DNA of 64,000 nucleotides from positions 9,421-73,420 of the IMG/VR virus record IMGVR_UViG_3300035685_000003; one strand, written 5' to 3'. Source of the DNA: a virus. The notes beneath the pieces are model-generated. The model was not told the origin of the DNA. It did not search any database and saw nothing but the letters and a program-made list of their open reading frames with translations. The translations under genes and the position numbers were made by a program. How positions within the stretch are numbered: position 1 is the stretch's first letter; the number at the start of each line of letters is the position of its first letter. Below are positions 1-9,547 of the stretch, piece by piece.

Positions 1-113
1 AAAGCTGCCAATTCTTGGGTGACTCTAGAGCCAGTGTCATTGAGCCACAATTAGCCTACTGCCTCCGCGATTTAGAAAATGAAGCACAGCCAGGGATTGG
101 TATAGGGCATGGG

Positions 114-1328
114 CTATTGGCTATTTTGGAGGTTAAAAAAGCTGAGTGACATCTCCTCAACTAGAGCAGCTATTTGCTTTGATTGAGGGTTTTCCCATCC
201 CGTACCTTTTGTGTATCCAGTGCTGGCATAGTTTGGATCATTCCAAGGCCCTGGAGGAAGTATTAAGCTAGCTGCTTTTTTTACAAAAGGTTTGGTTTTA
301 TCTACTGGGACAATGTGAATTGGTTGAGACAAAACCCAGTTTGCTAAATCCCAATCAAAATAGGGCATTCGTACATGGATATTGTATTCCCTAAATATAC
401 TTGAGAAAAGCTTGTGGTCATTCCACAAATACACCATATCTTTTAAAGCTCTAATTCTTTCATCTCTCCACATTTCGGCTTGCTTGTAGGGGTCAACTTC
501 AATTTTTAATTCTTTATAAATACTACGAATGTTCCCATGAATGTCATCTTGTCCATGTCCATTAAAAATAGTAGTACAATCATAATCTGCGGCTGTCTTT
601 GCAATTGCTAGATAGGTTATTGCAGCTTGATTATATTTGTTTGTCGGCCCTAGATATTCATATAAAGCCATCGCCTCTTTCATGTGTGAAAGCACGAAAT
701 TGTTGTCAATAAGTACTGCTACTGGTTGAGGTGCACCCATAGAATTTAGTGTCCGAGTAGCATTTTGAATGTCCCAAGAATTACGATTTAGGCAGGCTGT
801 AAATGGAATGAAATCTATTCCTAAACTCATTAATGCTTGGCACAACAGCAAAGAATCGACACCACCAGAGCATGAGACAGCTATTTTACCGGGTGGGCAA
901 GTCGCCAATCGTCGCTTTACTGATGCTAGTAAGAGCTGCCAATACTCTGCGATCGCATCTTTAATATCGACTTCGCCTTGAAGAATAGCCGGGACTGGTA
1001 ATTGATTTTGGATAGGGATAAATTTATGACTACCAGTTTTTATATGCACTAAATAACCTGGTTTAACTCTTTCTGGATTCCCTGGTAGCTTCCCTTTTAG
1101 TTCGCCCCAATGAACTTGATTGTTAACAATACTAAAATATATTGGTATCTCAGAAGGATACGATGAATAGATATAGCAATTTCCGTATTTTCCTTCTGCA
1201 ATCACAAACGGGCCAGAAATTGGAAGCCGTATCTCATCTAAGTCTGTGAACCGTTCTGGCTGGATTTGAAAATCAGAGGTATGAGTTTTAGGACTGGTTT
1301 TTAAATTGTAACTTCCTGATATTCTCAT
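114..1328 (-). CDS. Asparagine synthetase-like ATP-dependent amide ligase (copy 1)
   Basis: PP-loop SCSGGVDS, IFNGHGQDDIHG (cf. AsnB GEGADE), VRMPYFD; no N-terminal Cys nucleophile. Confidence 0.85.
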   Translation of the reverse strand: MRISGSYNLKTSPKTHTSDFQIQPERFTDLDEIRLPISGPFVIAEGKYGNCYIYSSYPSEIPIYFSIVNNQVHWGELKGKLPGNPERVKPGYLVHIKTGSHKFIPIQNQLPVPAILQGEVDIKDAIAEYWQLLLASVKRRLATCPPGKIAVSCSGGVDSLLLCQALMSLGIDFIPFTACLNRNSWDIQNATRTLNSMGAPQPVAVLIDNNFVLSHMKEAMALYEYLGPTNKYNQAAITYLAIAKTAADYDCTTIFNGHGQDDIHGNIRSIYKELKIEVDPYKQAEMWRDERIRALKDMVYLWNDHKLFSSIFREYNIHVRMPYFDWDLANWVLSQPIHIVPVDKTKPFVKKAASLILPPGPWNDPNYASTGYTKGTGWENPQSKQIAALVEEMSLSFFNLQNSQ

Positions 1329-1381
1329 GCTGGTATAAAAACAAGTTGTAGAGGCATTAGTCTAAAATTCTAATCAATTCC

Positions 1382-1813
1382 CTAAGAATTTACGAGGTGG
1401 AGAGGTATTTCAAAAAGAACATTGTTAGACACAAAGGATATAGGTTTTTCCCATAAAAATCCTTTCTCTAAATACCAGTGATAAGTGTGGGCTTCGCCCC
1501 AGTCAAACGCCTGGTCTGACCAAACGCATTTGACTAGTTCAGCACTTCCGATTATTGTTTGGGTGGGCAAGGTAGACAATGGTGGACAACTCATTTTATG
1601 AGCCTCCATTTGCCTATTTACTAACTTGATCTGACGGTTGTTAGCTAGATTTCCAGCGTGAATCAGTATCAAACCACTGTAATTAATAAAGTAATCTCTG
1701 CTTTCAATGATGTTGCTACCCTGAAATATGGCCCAAGCTTTTGGCTGACAAACGCTCAGGCACTTAACTGATGAATTACCACCAGGTAGAGAAGCTAGAA
1801 GAGGCTTGTCCAT
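1382..1813 (-). CDS. ASCH domain protein
   Basis: LSVCQPKAWAIFQGSNIIESR...LILIHAG...IIGSAELV matches the ASCH pattern. Confidence 0.8.
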   Translation of the reverse strand: MDKPLLASLPGGNSSVKCLSVCQPKAWAIFQGSNIIESRDYFINYSGLILIHAGNLANNRQIKLVNRQMEAHKMSCPPLSTLPTQTIIGSAELVKCVWSDQAFDWGEAHTYHWYLEKGFLWEKPISFVSNNVLFEIPLHLVNS

Positions 1814-3719
1814 AGTCGTCTTTGTCCGGCATCAGTTCTTCTAGTTTGATGTAAAAAGCAGCTTCAGCAAATACCAGTGCAAAATAAAAGTCATCAACAT
1901 TGCCAGGGCCGCGCTTCCATTGCTGAGTCTTTGGATCGCGCGATGGGCCCATCAAATGCCGCAAGGGCGATCGCTCACTGGGATTTGATAGCCATTTTTC
2001 CCAGGTTGCAGGTATTCGATAAAGCGGGTAATCGTCTTCTGCTTTGAGTAAAAAGCCTTCTAGCACCGCACCCATGAACTTCTCGTTACGCATTTGGTAG
2101 CAGTCGTAGACTATGCCGCCGTCTGCAACTTCGGATTTTCGGATTGGATCTTTAAGGTAAGCGATTTGATCGCCCATTTCAAGACAAGTGCGACGACAAA
2201 GATACATTGACGATTCCCGCGATGGCTCATTATCAATCAGCCCGAATTGAACATTGAACCGAGTCAGCAAATCTGGGATATCGTTTCGCATCACGTCGCT
2301 GGCATAGCTGATATGCCGAATAGTTTTTTCAATCACCTCAGCACGGGTAAAGCGGTAGTAGTTGGTTGGCAAGTAAAACTCGACAATTGCCAACCAATCT
2401 TCACTTCTGCCAACATCTACACCAGCAATAACCAACTCAGGAGTCCGCGACGGTACAGGAGAAGCCATTGAAGCTCGAAGCATTTCAGGGGTGATGCTAC
2501 CAACTTGATGTTCGCTGGCATGACCAAGCATTTGCTGCTGCCAGTCATCTGTGGTGCTGGCAGTCATTCCCTCCTCAATCATCTTTGCTGCCAAGTTGAA
2601 TTGAGTTTCACGGGTAAGGGGTGACAAGTGGATGCCAATCGTCCAGGTGTATTCGGGAACGCCTGGGGGCAGGGATTCTAAAAAACTAGTTAGCTCAGTC
2701 CCTTTGTGCCGACAGGAAAAATGGGCATCATAGCGCTGCTCATCGCTAATTGGTTCCCCGCAGTGGGAACAGCCAAAATAAGCAGTATTGACTGGATCAC
2801 TTTCATCGCGGTGGAACCAGGAAACGGGACGTCCCGAATCGCTTAGGTAAGTTTTCTTGGTTCGCCCCAAGGCGTCACGTTGTACTGTTTCTCGGAGCAA
2901 GCAGCCTTTAGGGTCAAGAGGTAGCGTTTGTTTGCAACTGGTGCAGGTGTAGTGGGGATAAAAAAGATGGTCAACTTTCCCCATCTGTTCCTCGATGCCC
3001 GTTCCTCCCCCCGGTGTGCCAAGCTCCCGAATCGGTCGTGTTGGCAGAAGGGAAGCATCCAATCGTCGGGGAATAGAATCAGCGCTCCCGGCTCGATACT
3101 GCGATCGCTCCTCAAGAAAAGCATAGTCAGCCTGGTACGATACTGCCATGCCACCTGCGGCTGCTGTCCCTTTGTCACGCGAGCCAGGGCGTGAGGTCGA
3201 AACATAAGCAAAAATGCCGTTTACTTGATCAATCTGGTAGCGAGTGTTAATGCAGCGATCGCTACGCCGATTGAATTTATGCCCAGCTGCCATCATGTTA
3301 CCAATCCAGGATTCTGCCACTGGTTGAAATTGCATTGGTACGTTTTGGTCAAGTGAGGTGCGAGTGTCGTAAAACCAAACGCCGTTGAGTTTGCCTGTGG
3401 TTAGACAATCAACAAATAACATGGCGTGTCCCAATGTCTTGCCGCACTGTGCCGGTCCCGTTGTCAAAACCTTGTTGAGCCGAAAATCGCCAATTGTTAA
3501 CAAGTACTCACGATACCAACGCGGCAGCCGCACCGATGATTGGCGCTCAGTAGTAGCGAATAACCCGACTCGCTCAACGAAACCCGCCCCCCCGCGCTTG
3601 TACACATCATCGATGAACGCTTCCCTTTGGTCTTGCTTACTTTGAGACTGCGAAGTATTCACAGCAGCCGATTTCGCCGCCGCATTTTGTAGTTTGCGTC
3701 TAAGGATGTCTATACTCAT
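1776..3719 (-). CDS. terL: Terminase large subunit (lambda GpA-like)
   Basis: Walker A TGPAQCGKT, CxxC pairs, RNase H-like GVDVG, C-terminal acidic DD motif; 647 aa. Confidence 0.85.
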   Translation of the reverse strand: MSIDILRRKLQNAAAKSAAVNTSQSQSKQDQREAFIDDVYKRGGAGFVERVGLFATTERQSSVRLPRWYREYLLTIGDFRLNKVLTTGPAQCGKTLGHAMLFVDCLTTGKLNGVWFYDTRTSLDQNVPMQFQPVAESWIGNMMAAGHKFNRRSDRCINTRYQIDQVNGIFAYVSTSRPGSRDKGTAAAGGMAVSYQADYAFLEERSQYRAGSADSIPRRLDASLLPTRPIRELGTPGGGTGIEEQMGKVDHLFYPHYTCTSCKQTLPLDPKGCLLRETVQRDALGRTKKTYLSDSGRPVSWFHRDESDPVNTAYFGCSHCGEPISDEQRYDAHFSCRHKGTELTSFLESLPPGVPEYTWTIGIHLSPLTRETQFNLAAKMIEEGMTASTTDDWQQQMLGHASEHQVGSITPEMLRASMASPVPSRTPELVIAGVDVGRSEDWLAIVEFYLPTNYYRFTRAEVIEKTIRHISYASDVMRNDIPDLLTRFNVQFGLIDNEPSRESSMYLCRRTCLEMGDQIAYLKDPIRKSEVADGGIVYDCYQMRNEKFMGAVLEGFLLKAEDDYPLYRIPATWEKWLSNPSERSPLRHLMGPSRDPKTQQWKRGPGNVDDFYFALVFAEAAFYIKLEELMPDKDDYGQASSSFSTWW

Positions 3720-3729
3720 TGACCCTCAG

Positions 3730-3751
3730 ATCCAGGAAAATTTTCCTGGAT
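3730..3751. repeat. Dispersed palindrome CAGGAAAATTTTCCTG, copy 1
   Basis: Core 3733-3748, extended to ATCCAGG...CCTGGAT; between the terS-like gene and terL. Confidence 0.95.
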
Positions 3752-3785
3752 GTTGGAATGTTTTGGAGCGATCGCTTGATTCTTC

Positions 3786-4433
3786 TCATGATTGAAGTTG
3801 GTGGATTTTAGTGTTTAACTCAGATTCATGGCTATCTATAACTTGCAAGATGCGATCGGCGACTGTTCCAGGAAGTAAGTTATTATCCAGTAAAAGTCCC
3901 AAAGCTTCGCGCCATTCGGTCGCAGGATCTTTGTGTCCTTGCAGGCGGTTGAGTTCTGAAATAACTCTAAACATCCGTTCACGAATGCGGGATTTAGTTT
4001 CTATTAAAAAAGCTTTATCTGTCAGGCGTGGTTCTGGAATTGATTTAATTCTTTGCTCAAGTTCTCGTAGTTCCGCACCTGACGCATTTTCGATTTGAGC
4101 GAAAGTCAACTTACGAATAGTTTCAAGTTCGCTGATTTTATCGATCTCTCGCTGCATCGCCATAATCTCGTTTTGATAGGCGGTAATTTGAGCGTGATAC
4201 ATCTCAAGGATTACGGCGTGATTTCGCTTGCGCTGATTAATATCTGTATCAACTAGTTCATCACAGGTTTTATTTATCCAACCACGAGCTGTTTCAGTTG
4301 TACATTTATAATTTTCTGCAAATTGGCGCTGCACATCTAGCCGAGTAAAGCCGGATCGCAAGCGAGTTAAAACGTAGTTTTTTCGATCCTGAATTTCTTG
4401 GTTGCTAAGTTTTACCCTCCCTTTTCTAGCCAC
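3786..4433 (-). CDS. Probable terminase small subunit
   Basis: N-terminal HTH-like segment plus coiled coil, immediately upstream of terL. Confidence 0.55.
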   Translation of the reverse strand: MARKGRVKLSNQEIQDRKNYVLTRLRSGFTRLDVQRQFAENYKCTTETARGWINKTCDELVDTDINQRKRNHAVILEMYHAQITAYQNEIMAMQREIDKISELETIRKLTFAQIENASGAELRELEQRIKSIPEPRLTDKAFLIETKSRIRERMFRVISELNRLQGHKDPATEWREALGLLLDNNLLPGTVADRILQVIDSHESELNTKIHQLQS

Positions 4434-4478
4434 AACATTAAAGTCCTTTTATAAGATCCGCGATTCAAACCAAATCAA

Positions 4479-5729
4479 TTAGTTAAGTCCTCCCTCGATT
4501 GGCATGGCATCATGCTGCGAAGCAATTTTGCGCCAATCTTGGGTTTTAATGTAAGCAAAAACGATTTTGGCTTTTTCTAGATGCTCATCAATCGCTGGAC
4601 GAATATTATCTTCATAAAATCCAGCGCCAGTAATATAACCGTGGCGGTTATAAACTTCCCGCGACCATTCACCAACTGGTAAAACTTTACGGGTCGCTAG
4701 ACGAGCAAAAGGTTTTCTTGCTTTTACTGGAATGATATTTGTGGTTTGGCTAAAGACCCAATTTGCTAGGTCGGTATCGAAAAATGGCATTTGCACTTTA
4801 ATGCCATGCCGACGAAAAACAGATGAAAACATCTTTTCCATGCCAAAACCAGACATCGAATCTCGCCTAGCATCACGCCAACGCTCAGATGGAGTGCCTT
4901 GCAGTTGCTTGAATTTCCCTTGGACTAAGCCCTCGCTCCCCATCAAGTCATCGTGGGCGTGTCCATTAAAAATGGTCTTTATCCCAAGTTCTCGGCATTG
5001 CCTTGCGATCGCTACATTGGCTGCTGCCATTTGCAGATTGTCAAACTGAGTTGATTCATAGCAAAAGACAGCTTCATCAAATAATTCTGGTAGCCTTTGC
5101 GGTGTGATCAGTATCGGCATCGGCTCAATGCCAATTTGAGATAAAACTAATTGTGCCATTTGATAATCCCAATCTTCTAAAGAAGAACAAGCAACCATTG
5201 GCACAAAGTTTATGCCAAGTGTGTGGAGTGCCCACGCTACTAAACAACTATCTAATCCCCCGCTTTGGGAAACAGCAACGGGGTGAATACTTGACTTAAT
5301 GCGATTGTCTACCGCATCCAAAATAAGGTTTAAGTATTCTTCGATTGCCTCATCTAGGGAAATTTCATTCCCTCTAATAGGCGGGCGGGGAATTGGCTCA
5401 ACCTCATAAGTTGTAATACCGCGCTCAGGATGCCAAACAACCGCTTGTCCGCGCTCCACCAAAGTAGGTCGCATCTGCCTGGGCAGTGCTAATTGTTGTT
5501 CGTGCCAGTACAAATTGTCGCGGTAAATTGAGTAATAAAGCGGTATTTCGTGGCTCCATCCCGTGAACAAACAAACCTTCCCGTTTTGGGAACTAATAAA
5601 GCTTGCTCCACAAGCTAAAGGGATATTGAAGCCATCTACACTTTCAAATTTTGTAGGGGTGATTGCAGAATCGACCTCTACAAAATCTTTGTCCCTTCTT
5701 GGATTACACTTGCCGATCAATCTTTTCAT
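4479..5729 (-). CDS. Asparagine synthetase-like amide ligase (copy 2)
   Basis: SQSGGLDS, IFNGHAHDDLMG, VQMPFFD; paralog of 114-1328. Confidence 0.85.
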   Translation of the reverse strand: MKRLIGKCNPRRDKDFVEVDSAITPTKFESVDGFNIPLACGASFISSQNGKVCLFTGWSHEIPLYYSIYRDNLYWHEQQLALPRQMRPTLVERGQAVVWHPERGITTYEVEPIPRPPIRGNEISLDEAIEEYLNLILDAVDNRIKSSIHPVAVSQSGGLDSCLVAWALHTLGINFVPMVACSSLEDWDYQMAQLVLSQIGIEPMPILITPQRLPELFDEAVFCYESTQFDNLQMAAANVAIARQCRELGIKTIFNGHAHDDLMGSEGLVQGKFKQLQGTPSERWRDARRDSMSGFGMEKMFSSVFRRHGIKVQMPFFDTDLANWVFSQTTNIIPVKARKPFARLATRKVLPVGEWSREVYNRHGYITGAGFYEDNIRPAIDEHLEKAKIVFAYIKTQDWRKIASQHDAMPIEGGLN

Positions 5730-7300
5730 GCTCTGTTTTCCCTGACAGCAGTTAAATCGATTTTTGTGAATGCAGAGAAAGCAGCGATCGCCTCTTTGAC
5801 CAGCCCCATTCGTTGATTGTTGGGGTAAGGTAAATCAAATTCAAATTCGAGCGCTCTTACTAATAAGATTGGCGGTATAGCTCTTGGCCCTTCGCACTTA
5901 ATTCCATGCGAAGACCCGTTAGCAGGGTAATAAGTAACCTTGTGGAAGTAGCGTTTTCCCTGAGCAATTAGTTCTTCTTCAGAATGGAACTTTTGTACTT
6001 TGGGAACTTTCAGGATTTCGTTAATATAAAGCCCTGCTTCTGTGTCTAGTAAAATTGCGCCATCTGACCGTGATGAGGCATTTAGACCATTACTAAATAC
6101 TCGGCTAGCAAGGTTGGAATCTGAAAGGGTATGCAAGTAGAGCCTTGCTCCCTGAGAGCAGATGGCATTGAAAATGACCATTAAATGTTCGCGGTCTTCC
6201 GCGAACGGGACACTATTAAATACACTTGAGCAAAAAAGTGAATCGATTGCGGGACTGTTGCCAAGCCACGCCAAGAAGCGCCTTGCTATCAGCTTCGCTC
6301 CAGTCGTACTGATTTGGTCGCTGTTCGGCTTCATCGCATAAGGCTCAAACGGGATGCAGGTAATGCCAGCAGCCTGAAGCTTGTTGGTATTATCTAACCG
6401 TCCAGCACCAAAATCGATACAGGTAGTTCCGTGTTCGGCAATGAACCGAGCGCGGTAATCTCCCTCAAGCTTGACCATGTGCTTGAGTAACCAAGCTTTA
6501 CCTCCGTTGCGGGCTTCCTTGCCGAAAACCCAATGATAAAAGCCAACTCCAAAAGTGACTCGCTGGGCTGCTTGGTTACGACGGCGAAAGAAAGAGTTGT
6601 ATCGGAGTTCTTCACCAAAAGCTTTTTGCAGGTCAAAGCTCATGGTGATTTTATTTAAGAATAATTGTAGGGCTTCAGAGTTTTCGTCTGCTCGAACTGC
6701 CGAGTGAGTAATTCGCCCATAGGATATTGCTGCTAAAAGTCTAGGGCCACCGTTAATAATTTTGTTGTTTTTATCTAAAATGATTGGAATTTCCACACCC
6801 AGATCACAAAAAGTCTGAGCAAAGAGGAAAGTCATATTGCTGATTTCTGAAGGTTTCAAATCCTCTTGATAGTCAACAGGTTTAATATCAAATTGCTTCA
6901 GGCAGGGAAAGAGGTCTGTTGCATCGGGTAATGCTTGAAACTTTTCTAAGTCGGAAAGTTCCATTGCTGCTTTTTTACCAAAATCTGATTTGGTAGCGTG
7001 ATCATTCGTACATAAATTAAAAACTATATTTATGCCGCGCTCTGTGGCTTCATCGTATCCAGGTAGATAAATTACAGGTACATGGGTAAAGCCAAGTTCC
7101 CGCGCTGCCCCAGTTCGCTGGTGTCCTGAATAGAGCATTGATGGTTCGCCATTTTCTGGTTGCCTAGCGTATACAGGCATCACAAACCCAAACTTTTTTA
7201 GCGACATTTTAATCCACTCAAATCTTTCTGGGTCGCGTTGTCTTGGGTTTTTGCCCCAACCTTGTAATTCTGTTAATGGCACTAACTTGATATCAATCAT
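5726..7300 (-). CDS. ParB/Srx N-terminal domain(s) fused to a class I SAM methyltransferase
   Basis: KNPR...SLKKFG...SGHQR (ParB-N), second IILD...INGGPR segment, then IDFGAG and SSVFNSV methyltransferase motifs. Confidence 0.75.
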   Translation of the reverse strand: MIDIKLVPLTELQGWGKNPRQRDPERFEWIKMSLKKFGFVMPVYARQPENGEPSMLYSGHQRTGAARELGFTHVPVIYLPGYDEATERGINIVFNLCTNDHATKSDFGKKAAMELSDLEKFQALPDATDLFPCLKQFDIKPVDYQEDLKPSEISNMTFLFAQTFCDLGVEIPIILDKNNKIINGGPRLLAAISYGRITHSAVRADENSEALQLFLNKITMSFDLQKAFGEELRYNSFFRRRNQAAQRVTFGVGFYHWVFGKEARNGGKAWLLKHMVKLEGDYRARFIAEHGTTCIDFGAGRLDNTNKLQAAGITCIPFEPYAMKPNSDQISTTGAKLIARRFLAWLGNSPAIDSLFCSSVFNSVPFAEDREHLMVIFNAICSQGARLYLHTLSDSNLASRVFSNGLNASSRSDGAILLDTEAGLYINEILKVPKVQKFHSEEELIAQGKRYFHKVTYYPANGSSHGIKCEGPRAIPPILLVRALEFEFDLPYPNNQRMGLVKEAIAAFSAFTKIDLTAVRENRA

Positions 7301-8496
7301 GCTTTGTTATTTCCTTTTGTTTTTGATAGAAGTTTGCAGATATGTTCGGGCATTAAAAAAGGGTTATTTTTCAATAAAGGTTGTTTGAGGCTTAACCCAG
7401 CGCCTGTCAAGTATCCAACCGAATGCTTTTTGTTTAGCCAATCTCCAGGCGGCAAAACAGTAGCGGCGAAATCCCGAACAAAGGACTTATCGAATGTTAC
7501 AGGGATAATTGAAGTGGGTTGGCTAAATGCCCAATTCAATAAACCTCTGTCATAGTAAGGCATTCGCACATGAATGCCTCGACTGCGAAAGGTAGAAGCA
7601 AACATTTTGAGCATTCCCCCAGTGGCGAGTGTTACGTTTTTACGTGCGATCGCCCAACGAAGGGAGTCCGTTCCTTCTTTTACCTGATTGAGGGCAGCTT
7701 TTACTAAAGTTCCTTTGCCGTGGATATCGTCATGCCCATGCCCAGTAAAGATGCAAGTTAAGTTTAGTTCAAGGCATTTTTTAGCTATGAGTAAGTTACC
7801 CATTGCCATCCGTATATTTGAAGTTTCTGTATCCTCCAAGCAGGTAATTGCTTCTTCTAGTAATTCCTCGGTTTGTGAATTTTCCAGTACAACAGGAATC
7901 GGCTTTAGTCCCCAACATTCCAAGCAGGCTGTCGCGGCAATAACATCTAAATCATTGGGGTTTGTACATACAGTAATCGGGCAAACTTCTATCCCTAACT
8001 GGTGTAAAGCCCAGGTGATAATCAAAGAATCTAATCCTCCACTTTGAGCAACAGCAACTCGATAAATTTGAGGGCAAGTAGCAAGACGCTTGCTTACTGC
8101 CTTTAAAAGCAAATTACTGTATTCTTCATAAGCTTTTAGTATTGGATAATCGCCTCGAATTTCTGAGACAAGAATGTTGTCAACAGTTTGTTTGGTGATA
8201 TATCCTGGCTCCCAAATAATCATTTCTCCAGCATTAATTCTTTTTGCTGGTGATGGTAGGCTAAACTTCTGTTCCCCCCAATGTATTGAAGTAGGCTTTG
8301 CTGTGTAATATAATGGCGTTTCTCCAGGGCAAGAAACATACAAAACGGCCATTCCTCTTTCGGCTTTTACTGTTGTGAATGGCCCATTTATAGGTATCTG
8401 CCAGCCTTCGTGTTCTGCAAAAATATCTGGTTGAATTTGCAAATCTGCCTGATAAACTGGCTCACTTCTTAAATGATATTTTCCCGACAGCCTCAT
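7297..8496 (-). CDS. Asparagine synthetase-like amide ligase (copy 3)
   Basis: AQSGGLDS, IFTGHGHDDIHG, VRMPYYD. Confidence 0.85.
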   Translation of the reverse strand: MRLSGKYHLRSEPVYQADLQIQPDIFAEHEGWQIPINGPFTTVKAERGMAVLYVSCPGETPLYYTAKPTSIHWGEQKFSLPSPAKRINAGEMIIWEPGYITKQTVDNILVSEIRGDYPILKAYEEYSNLLLKAVSKRLATCPQIYRVAVAQSGGLDSLIITWALHQLGIEVCPITVCTNPNDLDVIAATACLECWGLKPIPVVLENSQTEELLEEAITCLEDTETSNIRMAMGNLLIAKKCLELNLTCIFTGHGHDDIHGKGTLVKAALNQVKEGTDSLRWAIARKNVTLATGGMLKMFASTFRSRGIHVRMPYYDRGLLNWAFSQPTSIIPVTFDKSFVRDFAATVLPPGDWLNKKHSVGYLTGAGLSLKQPLLKNNPFLMPEHICKLLSKTKGNNKA

Positions 8497-8498
8497 TT

Positions 8499-8747
8499 TT
8501 AGAAGCCTAAATCAGATAGTTGCTTAGAATTCATTTTCCCTACGCCTTTTATCCCTTTAGCTTTAGCTGCCTCTCGTCTTTGTCCTACCGACCCGTTAGG
8601 ACTTTTGGTTTTAGGCTGCTTTGCGGTTTTCTGTTTCCCCTTGCCACCGCCGCCGCCACCACCGCCACCACCACCGCCGCCACCACCTTTACTGCAAATA
8701 TTTTTGCTTGCTATTAGTAGCTGACATTTAGAAGTTCTTCTTCTCAT
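8499..8747 (-). CDS. Small basic protein: leader, Gly15 tract, Lys-rich linker, Rho_N/HeH-like C-terminus
   Basis: ATG at 8747 after AAGGGAAAG; 15 Gly codons (mixed GGT/GGC) at 8643-8687; VGQRREAAKAKGIKGVGKMNSKQL resembles Rho_N; stop 2 nt before the next ATG. Confidence 0.7.
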   Translation of the reverse strand: MRRRTSKCQLLIASKNICSKGGGGGGGGGGGGGGGKGKQKTAKQPKTKSPNGSVGQRREAAKAKGIKGVGKMNSKQLSDLGF

Positions 8748-8960
8748 GATCTTTCCCTTTGGCTTTGATAGTAAATCACCGCATATTGTGGCTATACCAG
8801 TTTGAGAATAAATGGTGTAAATCCGCATCGATGTAATTACTTATTCGGAGTATTTAAAATCTATGTTTTTTCAAGACAGATATGTTGCATACTTCTTGTA
8901 TCGCCCTGTTAGTTTGAACCGTTGAAAGCGTTGCCCAGAAGGGGTTTTAGAGAAACAAAA

Positions 8961-9012
8961 TGTTGCAAGTAATCAAAAATTATGTTATAATTAAGATGTA
9001 GCAAACAATCAA
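8961..9012 (+). promoter_or_regulatory. Repeated promoter/operator cassette, copy 1
   Basis: TTGCAA (8963), 17-nt spacer, TG-n-TATAAT (8986); TGTnGCAA..AATCAA boxes over -35 and +1. Confidence 0.8.
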
Positions 9013-9030
9013 CCGGGCGAGGACAGAAAG

Positions 9031-9456
9031 ATGATTAGAATGATACAGAATGAGCAAGAAACAAATAAAGAAGAGATGGGAGAAATGGGGCAGTGGGGTA
9101 AAGGATGGAATAGAATGAATCGCCAAGGATACACCGTATCTCAATTAGAGATGATAATTGCAGAGTCGGGTGTAGAAACCCAAGCGGTTGCAGCAGCGTT
9201 GATATGGGCTTCAAAGAATCCCACAGAAGAAGTATTTGAGATAGCAGCTAAGTTAGCAAGAGTGAATACGGTAGATGAGTTGTGGGCAGCATATTATTCA
9301 ACAGCTTCCCGTGAGGTATTCGTAGGTACAGTATTAGCAATAATCCATTATGACTTATTAGCCGAGTTGAACAATGGTGAGTATTATTCATGGATTGAGA
9401 TTAAATATGAAGGGAATAAATATTGGAGAACATACCCTAATAAGACAAGGAAATAG
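9031..9456 (+). CDS. Hypothetical protein, first gene after promoter 1
   Basis: 141 aa, GAGGA SD, purine-rich coding strand. Confidence 0.7.
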   Translation: MIRMIQNEQETNKEEMGEMGQWGKGWNRMNRQGYTVSQLEMIIAESGVETQAVAAALIWASKNPTEEVFEIAAKLARVNTVDELWAAYYSTASREVFVGTVLAIIHYDLLAELNNGEYYSWIEIKYEGNKYWRTYPNKTRK

Positions 9457-9464
9457 ATTGAGTG

Positions 9465-9491
9465 GGGTGGAGAAATCCACCCTTATTTTTT
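9465..9491 (+). terminator. Rho-independent terminator
   Basis: GGGTGGA-GAAA-TCCACCC followed by TTATTTTT. Confidence 0.75.
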
Positions 9492-9547
9492 AGGTAGTTA
9501 TAGTGGTTAGTTATCTTGTCCCGTTGTGAGTAAAAGGTAAGTAATTG

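Noticed and set aside
1..40. Start of a portal gene (MTLALESPKNWQL on the minus strand)
   Set aside because: Only 13 codons visible; cannot be supported
7297..8747. Lasso peptide cluster (AsnB-like cyclase plus Gly-starting core)
   Set aside because: No Asp/Glu at core positions 7-9 and no B1/B2 (RRE, transglutaminase-like peptidase) genes seen
8922..8948. GAAAGCGTTG...GGTTT imperfect inverted motif, similar at about 13592 and 46958, as recombinase or att sites
   Set aside because: Too degenerate and no integrase in the window
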